NCBI GenBank assembly: GCA_964462535.1
Contig: CAYWXV010000012.1
Location: forward strand, 16,601 to 80,600
DNA: 64,000 nt
Direction: 5' to 3'
Source: an uncultured Alphaproteobacteria bacterium
Lineage (GTDB): Bacteria; Bacteroidota; Ignavibacteria; OLB7
Shown here: in pieces, positions 1 through 6,945 of the stretch
How positions within the stretch are numbered: position 1 is the stretch's first letter
Layout: every line of letters begins with the position of its first letter
Position numbers and translations under genes: made by a program
Notes under the pieces: model-generated
Told to the model about the DNA's origin: nothing
Seen by the model: the letters and a program-made list of their open reading frames with translations, nothing else
The model's database searches: none

Positions 1-519
1 GGCGTTCGTCATCCTCCCGATCTTGATGTTGTTGAAGAAACCGTCAGCGCCATAGAAGAGGAGTCTCTTAATTGCAGGACGGAGCGTCACGCGCTCGAGC
101 ACCGCGCTCAATGGAATGCCAGTCCAGTACGCGTTTCCCATGAACCCGGTCGGCGTTGTCTTCAAAGGACTCTCAAGAATGCACTGGATGGTTTTCAGGA
201 TGGTAACCTCCCTGTCCCTAAGCGCCATCAGATCGTCGAACGTGATCGTCGCCAGTTCGGTCGGCGTTGGTGGAGCGACCAGGTCGGTGATGCGAAGTCG
301 CCACTCGGATTCCGTCAACGACGGTCGCGTCCAGCCACTGATGCTTCCCTCACCACCATTCTGCACAAAGAAGGCATCGGCAGGAGTAATAAACGGTGCT
401 TCGGAACTTCCGAGAGGTGTGACAGTGAAGTCTTCGCACCCGCCAAGGAGTGACGTGAACTGAACACCGACTATTCCTATGCCCGACACCTTAAGAAATG
501 TTCTTCGATCGAGGCTCAC
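1..519 (-). CDS. Tat-exported lipoprotein, molybdopterin-dependent oxidoreductase of the sulfite oxidase family (runs off the window edge)
   Basis: Not in the ORF track; translated by hand from GTG at 519 with GAGGAG upstream. It reads MSLDRRTFLKVSGIGIVGVQFTSLLGGC (twin-Arg plus lipobox), then ...TILKTIQCILES...GNAYWTGIPLSAVLE...FYGADGF, which carries the Mo-ligating Cys and the GNAxWxGxPL motif. The frame is open to base 1. Confidence 0.8.
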   Translation of the reverse strand, partial: MSLDRRTFLKVSGIGIVGVQFTSLLGGCEDFTVTPLGSSEAPFITPADAFFVQNGGEGSISGWTRPSLTESEWRLRITDLVAPPTPTELATITFDDLMALRDREVTILKTIQCILESPLKTTPTGFMGNAYWTGIPLSAVLERVTLRPAIKRLLFYGADGFFNNIKIGRMTNA

Positions 520-535
520 TCTTTTGCACTCCTCT

Positions 536-1480
536 TCATTCGTTCCCGAAGACCGTGCCCTCCCAGGCAACACCGATCGAGAGATCGAAGCTGTTGCTGG
601 CCTTCCGGCCGTACGGGGTGAACGCCGCGTCGACACTGAGTGACACCCCGTCAATCGCTCTCACGATTACTCCACCTCCAACCTTCACGTACTGCTGCGT
701 CTCCGGCGGATGCTCGACATCGAAATCGTTGTCGTCGGTTCGCGTGGAGAAGAGGGACTGCCCAACTGCATGAAGCAGAAGGCGATCGCCGATTGTGTAG
801 CCAGCTTCCACATTGGCGAAGATCTCGTCCGCATAGTCCGGAGCGAACGGGCGCGTCTCGTTCTTCAAACGGGAAGGAAAGATCCCCGTCCGACCGCGAT
901 ACCCGATCGAACCCGTCGCGTAGGCAGGGAGAGGATAGAAGGAGATGCCGTAGTTCCCCGCAACCTCAATGTTGAGATTCCCCGATCCGAGCGGTGGTGT
1001 TAGATCTCGGCTGTATCCCGTGGGAAGCGTTACGCCGAGCGTTGCCGACACCACCTGCTGATCAAACGAAGAGAGGAGATATCGTCCGGCCACGTAAATG
1101 TCGCCGAGTCCCTCGACCTCCTTCCGCTCCACGGGGGAGGTGATTACAACTCGCTTGAACGCAGCACTCCCGACCAGGGTCAGGTCTCGGAGCAGACCAT
1201 ACTCGGCATAGAGGAAGAGACTCCTTTCGGCGATCGGGTAGTTGCGGACTGTGAACGGAGGATTGTCGGTGGGATACTTCTCGGCTCCGTCGAATCGGTA
1301 GACCGTGTTCGCCGACGACGTCCCATACGTGAGCTTGGCATACAGCTTGAACAGCTCCTGCACCCAGCCTCCTGCACGCGCTGTGGCCGGGAGGGCTCCC
1401 AGAAGAAGCGCCAGTGCCAGAACGTGTAAGGACCGCCTACGACGGCGTCGCTTAGGGCTCGCCCAGTGGAACGTGGTCAT
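536..1480 (-). CDS. Putative outer-membrane beta-barrel protein
   Basis: Signal peptide ending ATARA-GGW, many amphipathic alternating strands, and a terminal strand DLSIGVAWEG. The ORF track starts at 1531; ATG at 1480 is preferred. It stops 17 bp before the Mo-enzyme start. Confidence 0.55.
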   Translation of the reverse strand: MTTFHWASPKRRRRRRSLHVLALALLLGALPATARAGGWVQELFKLYAKLTYGTSSANTVYRFDGAEKYPTDNPPFTVRNYPIAERSLFLYAEYGLLRDLTLVGSAAFKRVVITSPVERKEVEGLGDIYVAGRYLLSSFDQQVVSATLGVTLPTGYSRDLTPPLGSGNLNIEVAGNYGISFYPLPAYATGSIGYRGRTGIFPSRLKNETRPFAPDYADEIFANVEAGYTIGDRLLLHAVGQSLFSTRTDDNDFDVEHPPETQQYVKVGGGVIVRAIDGVSLSVDAAFTPYGRKASNSFDLSIGVAWEGTVFGNE

Positions 1481-1561
1481 GCGAGAGGGGAAAACGTCGA
1501 TACGATGCTGTTCCATGTAAGACCGATCCACCCGTCATGCTGTCGCAGCAAAGGGGGCGCC

Positions 1562-3958
1562 CTAAATATTTCGCTCGTAGATGCGGTACGTCCGGTAAGC
1601 CGACGCATTCATCATCTCGGCGGCACGGTTCATCATCATATTATCCTCCAGCACCCACGACGCCTCGCCAACCGGGCACCCCTTGACGACGGCCCGTTCG
1701 ATGATCTCGCGATACAGCAGGGCATCGATCGCCTTCCCATGGTACTCAGGGATAACGCCAAGGATGATGATGCGGAGCTGGTTGATGGCCTTCTTGTTGG
1801 TCATCAGATTCGTGATCGCCGTTGGCAGATTGAGTGGGCCGGAGGGGATTGACTTCCCGGCCTTGAAGGCCTGATTCACATCGGGGACGGCAAGGGCGAA
1901 GCCTACAGTCTTCCCATCCTGCTCGGCGAAGAGAACAAGATCCGGATCAATAACCTGTTTCAGCTCGCGGGCCATCATGTCCATCTCTTCGTCGGTCATC
2001 GGGACAAATCCCCAGTTCGGCTGCCAGGCTCGGTTGTAGATGGCCTTGATTCGTTCGACCTCGGGTCCGAACTGCTTCATCGAGAGGCTCCGCACTGTGG
2101 CACCCGTCCGTGCCCGGATCAAGTCCGTTACACGGACGAGCTTGTCCGTCAGCGCATCGGGATAGCAGAGGCGCCACGCGTAGAGGTCCTTTGCCTTACT
2201 GAAGCCGGCTTTCTCGATCAGCGTGTTATAGTACTCGGGATTGTACGGCATCAGGAACGTGGGCGGGCCGTCGAACCCTTTGAGGAGCATGCCAACCTCG
2301 TCGTTCATCGACGGGGAGACCGGTCCGCGCATGGCATTCATTCCCTCACGACGCAGCCACTCGGCCGCTGCGTTGAGAAGAGTGTTCGCCACGTCCTGAT
2401 CATTGATGGATTCAAAGAATCCGAAGAACCCGACGCGATCGCTGTGTATTGCGTTGTGCCCTTCGTTCACGATTGCAGCGATACGCCCAACCGGCGTTCC
2501 ATTCCGTTCGGCGATAAAGAGCTGAATGCGCGCGTGATGGTAGAACGGATTCTTGTCTGTATCAAGCAGACGCATCCGGTCCATTTCAATCGGCGGCACC
2601 CAGTTTGGGTCGTCGCGATGGAGCTTCCAGGAGAGGCGGATGAACTGGAGCTTCCCCTTTCGCCCATCGACAGTGCGCACGCTTACATCGCCTGTTGTGG
2701 GAAGAGGAGCTGAAGCTTCGTCACTGTCAGCCTTCTGCTCCGCAGCAGTGGCCGGCGTGTCGCGGTCGAGTAGTCCCATCTCCGTTCCGATATCCTGGAA
2801 GAGTTCCAGAATGCGATCGAGATGGCTCTTCTCGTGTGTCGCCATGACGGACGTTCTCATCATCTGCATTCCCTGCATGACACCAGGCGAGATGAAGGCG
2901 TTAACGAAAACACCCGCGTCGAAGAGTCGTCGCCAGAAGATGAACGTGAGGGTGTCGTCGCCAATGATGACGGGTACGATTCCGGTCTTTGATTCGATGA
3001 TTCGGAAGCCCATGTCAACGAATCCCTTCCGGAGATAGTCGGCATTCCAGATCAGCTTGTCGATGAGATGCGGTTCATCCCGCATGATCCGAAGAGCGGT
3101 GAGGGCAGCTGCAACCGAGGCCGGTGTCGGTGAAGCCGAGAAGATCAGGGCCGGTGAGATGTGCTTGATGTAGTTGATCACCCGCTCGGCGCCGACGACC
3201 CATCCTCCAAGCGACGCAAGCGACTTTGAGAAGGTCCCCATCGTCAGGTCGACATCCGCGTCGAGTCCGAAGTAGCTGGCGGTTCCACGCCCCCCCTTTC
3301 CGATAACACCCAGGGCGTGAGCGTCATCCACCATCAGCCGCGCCCCATACTTCTTCGCGATCGTGTTCATCGATGGGAGGTCGACGATCTCGCCCGAGGT
3401 TGAGAATACTCCGTCGGTAACGATGAGCTTCCCTGCGTCTTTCGGCAGACGGGCGACCTGACGTTCAAGGTCGTCCATATCGCCATGCTTGTAGCGAACA
3501 ACGTCACCAAACGCTCCCTTTGCCATCAGTGTACCGGCGACAATGCAGGCGTGGTTATCCTTGTCGCTGATGACGTAGTCACCCCGCTGCACCAATGTCG
3601 GAATGATCCCCTGGGCGGTCTGGTAGCCCGTCGAAAAGAGGAGACATGCCTCCGTCCCCATGAAGTCGGCAAGCTCCTCCTCCATTTCTTCGTGCAGACG
3701 GACCGTACCCGTCAGGTAGCGCGACCCGGAGCATCCGGTACCGAACTTCTCGGTCGCCTTGATCGCCGCCTCCTTGACACGTGGATCGGCAGTAAGGCCT
3801 AGATAGTTATTCGACCCCCCCATGATCACCTCGCGCCCCTCAATGCGGACCACCGGCCCCTCGTTCTCCTCGATCGCCCGGAAGTACGGATAGTACCCTG
3901 CTTCCTTCACATCATCGGCGCGCGTGAATTCAAGACACTTCTGAAACAGTTCTGCCAA
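1562..3958 (-). CDS. spt: Serine palmitoyltransferase (AOS/class II PLP) fused to a bacterial ceramide synthase-like GNAT domain
   Basis: N-terminal half: [38 protein letters not shown] and the PLP-Lys motif GTFSKS. C-terminal half: [43 protein letters not shown] and [10 protein letters not shown] short acidic/Ala linker joins them. TTG at 3958 has AGGAG upstream; the ORF extends to GTG at 4027. Confidence 0.8.
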   Translation of the reverse strand: MAELFQKCLEFTRADDVKEAGYYPYFRAIEENEGPVVRIEGREVIMGGSNNYLGLTADPRVKEAAIKATEKFGTGCSGSRYLTGTVRLHEEMEEELADFMGTEACLLFSTGYQTAQGIIPTLVQRGDYVISDKDNHACIVAGTLMAKGAFGDVVRYKHGDMDDLERQVARLPKDAGKLIVTDGVFSTSGEIVDLPSMNTIAKKYGARLMVDDAHALGVIGKGGRGTASYFGLDADVDLTMGTFSKSLASLGGWVVGAERVINYIKHISPALIFSASPTPASVAAALTALRIMRDEPHLIDKLIWNADYLRKGFVDMGFRIIESKTGIVPVIIGDDTLTFIFWRRLFDAGVFVNAFISPGVMQGMQMMRTSVMATHEKSHLDRILELFQDIGTEMGLLDRDTPATAAEQKADSDEASAPLPTTGDVSVRTVDGRKGKLQFIRLSWKLHRDDPNWVPPIEMDRMRLLDTDKNPFYHHARIQLFIAERNGTPVGRIAAIVNEGHNAIHSDRVGFFGFFESINDQDVANTLLNAAAEWLRREGMNAMRGPVSPSMNDEVGMLLKGFDGPPTFLMPYNPEYYNTLIEKAGFSKAKDLYAWRLCYPDALTDKLVRVTDLIRARTGATVRSLSMKQFGPEVERIKAIYNRAWQPNWGFVPMTDEEMDMMARELKQVIDPDLVLFAEQDGKTVGFALAVPDVNQAFKAGKSIPSGPLNLPTAITNLMTNKKAINQLRIIILGVIPEYHGKAIDALLYREIIERAVVKGCPVGEASWVLEDNMMMNRAAEMMNASAYRTYRIYERNI

Positions 3959-4081
3959 GGACGGATCTCCTGCGTTGCTGAGTTCGTTCGCTTTCTCCCC
4001 GAATACCACAGGAACCGCACCGCTCACCGGGGAGAAGCGCCGAAGATAGTAATGGAAGGATTGTTGGATTGTATGAGATGG

Positions 4082-4840
4082 CTACTGCGACACGCGCATC
4101 AGTTCCTCGACACGCATGACGTCCTCTGGTGTGTCAACAGAGTGCCCTGCGTACTCCGTGCGGACGACCCGCATTTCCAACCCCAACTCGAGGAGCCTCA
4201 ACTGCTCAAGCTGTTCCGCTGTTTCCAGTGACGAGGGAGGGGCGGCGACGAACGCTCTCAGCGCGTCCGGACGGTATGCGTAAATGCCAATGTGGCGATG
4301 GTAGAGCGTTGCTGTGCTCCACTCCTCCGGTGGCAGGTCGCGCATGCACGGGATAGGCGACCGAGAGAAGTAGAGGGGGACGTCGCCGTCTCGGAGGACC
4401 ACCTTCACGACATTCGTGTCGAACAGGTCTCTGGACGATTCAATGCGGGAGACGGCAGTTACGCACGCGGCGCTCCCTCCAACGAGTTTCTCAACCAGTC
4501 GATTGAGCAGGTCAGGGTCGATCATCGGCTCGTCACCCTGCACATTTAGAACCGCAGAGACAGACCCGGCGGTGTCGGCAGATAGGAGTTCAAGCGCCTC
4601 GGCGATGCGATCCGAGCCGGAGGGGTGCTCGGTAGACGTCATGACCGCGTGGCCCCCGAACCGATGCACTGTCTCGAGGATGCTGGGATCATCCGTGGCC
4701 ACGACGACCCGGTCGACACGTGTTGCGGCGGTGACCCGCTCATACACGTGTTGGATCATAGGGCGCCCCAACAGCTCAACAAGCGGCTTCCCTGGGAGGC
4801 GACTCGAGGCGAATCTCGCCGGAATCAAAGCGACAACCAT
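4082..4840 (-). CDS. kdsB: 3-deoxy-manno-octulosonate cytidylyltransferase
   Basis: Motifs IPARFASSRLPGKPL, SGSDRIAEA, NVQGDEP, HIGIYAY and EQLEQLRLLE. Confidence 0.95.
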   Translation of the reverse strand: MVVALIPARFASSRLPGKPLVELLGRPMIQHVYERVTAATRVDRVVVATDDPSILETVHRFGGHAVMTSTEHPSGSDRIAEALELLSADTAGSVSAVLNVQGDEPMIDPDLLNRLVEKLVGGSAACVTAVSRIESSRDLFDTNVVKVVLRDGDVPLYFSRSPIPCMRDLPPEEWSTATLYHRHIGIYAYRPDALRAFVAAPPSSLETAEQLEQLRLLELGLEMRVVRTEYAGHSVDTPEDVMRVEELMRVSQ

Positions 4841-4846
4841 GACGGT

Positions 4847-5140
4847 CTATTCCAGCACCTTTGGGACGCTGAAGAATCCTTCAGTCTTCTTCGGTGCGTT
4901 CTGAAGCGCTTCAGCGGGCGTGAGGAGGGGACCCGGCTCGTCGTCTCGGAGGATATTGGTCGTCCCATGCACGAACTCCATGGGCTGAACATCCGTGACG
5001 TCGACCTGTTTCAACTGCTCGATGTATTCAACGATCTGGTTGAACTGCTGGGTAAACCCTGAGAGTTCGGTTTCCGAGAATCTGAGACGTGCCAGGCGCG
5101 CGACGTGGGCGACCTGTTCCGGTGTGATTGTGGTAGCCAT
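4847..5140 (-). CDS. gatC: Asp-tRNA(Asn)/Glu-tRNA(Gln) amidotransferase subunit C
   Basis: 97 aa from ATG 5140: ITPEQVAHVARLARL...LRDDE...ALQNAP...FFSVPKVLE. The upstream extension in the ORF track is non-coding. Confidence 0.95.
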   Translation of the reverse strand: MATTITPEQVAHVARLARLRFSETELSGFTQQFNQIVEYIEQLKQVDVTDVQPMEFVHGTTNILRDDEPGPLLTPAEALQNAPKKTEGFFSVPKVLE

Positions 5141-5201
5141 GAGCGGAATATACGATTGGGACCATCTATGCGATGAGCAACGGGTGCCGTCAAAAAAGGG
5201 C

Positions 5202-5278
5202 AAAAAAAAGCCGCGCAACTCACCCCTGATCGCGCGGCTAGGGTGAAGCGCCGAGGGTTGGTGCCCCAGCAACTTCAC
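5202..5278 (-). ncRNA. Putative small RNA copy 1 (two hairpins, the second an intrinsic terminator)
   Basis: UGAAG-UU-GCUGGGG[CACCAAC]CCUCGGC-G-CUUCA, linker CCCU, then AGCCGCGC..UCAGGGGUGA..GCGCGGCU followed by a U-tract. The 5' end is inferred. Confidence 0.7.
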
Positions 5279-5282
5279 ACTA

Positions 5283-5311
5283 CATACCAGCCCAACACCG
5301 AATTGGTTCCC
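5283..5311 (-). promoter_or_regulatory. Putative ECF-sigma promoter of sRNA copy 1
   Basis: GGGAACC-aattcggtgttgggct(16 nt)-GGTATG. Confidence 0.65.
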
Positions 5312-5391
5312 ATTCAGTGCACATTCGTTCGAATCGCAGTTTTCTCGCTGGAATTGGCGTTCCCGTTCTGGTGTGGTCGTTCTGGAAGGGC

Positions 5392-5471
5392 AAAAAAAGT
5401 GAGCTGCGCAACTCACCCCTGATCGCGCAGCTCGGGTTGAAGGCCAAGGGTTGGTGCCTCAGCAACTTCAC
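5392..5471 (-). ncRNA. Putative small RNA copy 2
   Basis: UGAAG-UU-GCUGAGG[CACCAAC]CCUUGGC-CUUCA, linker ACCC, then GAGCUGCGC..UCAGGGGUGA..GCGCAGCUC followed by ACU7. Confidence 0.7.
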
Positions 5472-5475
5472 ACTA

Positions 5476-5504
5476 CATACCAGCCGAAATGCAGATTGGT
5501 TCCC
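5476..5504 (-). promoter_or_regulatory. Putative ECF-sigma promoter of sRNA copy 2
   Basis: GGGAACC-aatctgcatttcggct(16 nt)-GGTATG. Confidence 0.65.
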
Positions 5505-5582
5505 ATTCACGAGCAACTGTTTGCAAATGGTTGAAAACTAAGCAGAATCGCATGTTCTTGGTTCGCGTGCGGTGGCACGGGC

Positions 5583-5662
5583 AAAAAAAATGAGCTGCGC
5601 AACTCACCCCTGATCGCGCAGCTCGGGTTGAAGGCCAAGGGTTGGTGCCTCAGCGGCTTCAC
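5583..5662 (-). ncRNA. Putative small RNA copy 3
   Basis: Same as copy 2 except UU->CC in the 5' arm bulge and the terminator tail (AU8). Confidence 0.7.
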
Positions 5663-5666
5663 AAGA

Positions 5667-5695
5667 CATACCAGGCGAGCCCGAGAATAGTTCCC
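5667..5695 (-). promoter_or_regulatory. Putative ECF-sigma promoter of sRNA copy 3
   Basis: GGGAACT-attctcgggctcgcct(16 nt)-GGTATG. Confidence 0.65.
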
Positions 5696-5769
5696 AATTG
5701 TCAGGTTTTTTCTCCGGGCGTCAGAATCTGCCAGAAATCGGCCGAATAATCCTGAACGAAGCTGCGTCG

Positions 5770-6759
5770 CTACCCGTATAGCCGCCCGACCTGCGCTCCG
5801 TATCCATTGTATGGGAGTGTCGGTACGCGCGTATCGGGACCGAGGAGGCGCTCCGTGGCTTGCGACCAGCGCGGGTGGGGAACCGTGGGATCGACGTTGG
5901 ACTGAAAGCTGTACTCATCGGGTGCCAGATCGTTCCAGAAGGTCGCGGGCCGATCTGCCACAAGTTCGATCCTCACAATCGACTTCGGGTTCTTGTACCC
6001 GTATTTCCACGGAACTATGATGCGCGCCGGCGCCCCATTCTGCTTTGGAAGCTCGTGCCCGTACATCCCCGTGACCAGCATTGCAAGCTCGTTCGTCGCC
6101 TCGTCAATCCTCATACCCTCGTAGTACGGCCACGTGTACCACGTCGCTCGGCGCTGGTTCGGCGCCTGCTCAGGTCGATCAAACGATATGAACCGAACGA
6201 AACGCGCGGAGGAGAGAGGCTCGGCCAGAGCCAGGACCTTTGCAAGCGGGATTCCCGTCCACGGCACCGTCATAGCCCAGGCTTCCACGCAGCGGAATCG
6301 ATAGACCCGTTCCTCCAGGGGAAGGAGCCGGACCAACTCATCTATCGTGAACTTCCGCGGTCGCGAAACCAGGCCCGTGATCTCCAGTTCCCATGGCCGG
6401 ATGCGGAAGTCGCCGACAAGGGACTTGACGACCTCCTTCTGTTCACTGAACTCGTAGAAATTGTTGTAGCTCGTCGCCAGGGCCTCGTCCGTCATCTCGC
6501 GGTCGACCACGTAGGCGTTGTTTCGCGGAGCGGGGTATAGGTCTCCGTTTGGGCTCGGGAGGTCGTCAATCGCGCGAAGCGAGTCCCGAAGATGCGTTCC
6601 TCCATCACCAGATGACGACGATGTGCAGCCCAGCAGTCCGAAGGCCAGCGTCCCCAGGCCGACGCTCTTCAGGAACCCTCGGCGGTTGATGTACGTCTCC
6701 TCCGGCGTTACCATGCGCTCAGGGATGTGCCAGTCGGGTCGAAGAATGATGTTCGCCAT
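5770..6759 (-). CDS. msrP: Protein-methionine-sulfoxide reductase catalytic subunit (YedY/MsrP), Tat lipoprotein
   Basis: NRRGFLK Tat motif, LLGC lipobox, SYNNFYEF, YRFRCVEAW, PWKYGYK and YSFQSNVDP.VPHPRWSQATER. Confidence 0.95.
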   Translation of the reverse strand: MANIILRPDWHIPERMVTPEETYINRRGFLKSVGLGTLAFGLLGCTSSSSGDGGTHLRDSLRAIDDLPSPNGDLYPAPRNNAYVVDREMTDEALATSYNNFYEFSEQKEVVKSLVGDFRIRPWELEITGLVSRPRKFTIDELVRLLPLEERVYRFRCVEAWAMTVPWTGIPLAKVLALAEPLSSARFVRFISFDRPEQAPNQRRATWYTWPYYEGMRIDEATNELAMLVTGMYGHELPKQNGAPARIIVPWKYGYKNPKSIVRIELVADRPATFWNDLAPDEYSFQSNVDPTVPHPRWSQATERLLGPDTRVPTLPYNGYGAQVGRLYG

Positions 6760-6945
6760 TGTCTCGTGTATCGGTTCTGATTTTCATCACTGATAGAGAG
6801 CGGTAGAGACGCTGTTGCGTAACTTCCCGCCGCTTTTTGAAGATCGAAGGCCGCATCACAGCCAGGTTGGGTCCGCCACCTTCGATTCCCCTTCCATTTG
6901 ATCGAGTAATCCCGGCGGTACGCGGGATTATTCCAGTTGCACTGC

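Larger units (their letters stand above)
5198..5695 (-). repeat. Three tandem copies of a ~115-120 bp unit, period 190-191 bp
   Basis: Units start at 5198, 5388 and 5579 (gggcaaaaaaa...caactcacccctgatcgcgc...gggttggtgcc..cagc..cttcaca...catacc-N16-[g/a]gttccc). They are separated by unrelated ~70 bp spacers. Confidence 0.97.

Noticed and set aside
1562-4027. Calling the fusion BioF (8-amino-7-oxononanoate synthase) or Kbl
   Set aside because: The YPYFR N-terminus, GTFSKS motif and fusion to a bCerS-like domain favour Spt, and no bio or tdh genes are nearby. It is not excluded without a phylogeny.
4847-5541. ORF-track extension of gatC and small ORFs at 5011-5541
   Set aside because: They translate the non-coding repeat. 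GatC homology begins at ATG 5140.
5600-5670. 21-codon peptide MSCEAAEAPTLGLQPELRDQG in repeat copy 3
   Set aside because: The same frame has ATG-TAG in copies 1 and 2, the ATG lies within the predicted -10 box, and there is no RBS.
5198-5695. CRISPR array interpretation of the triple repeat
   Set aside because: The units are about 115-120 bp with internal terminators and promoter boxes, far longer than CRISPR repeats. There are only three copies and no cas genes in the window.
5198-5695. T-box or glutamine (glnA) riboswitch upstream of gatC
   Set aside because: There is no T-box consensus (GGUGGUACCGCG) or specifier stem I, and no E-loop/glnA motif. The fixed-length variable spacer fits a promoter better.
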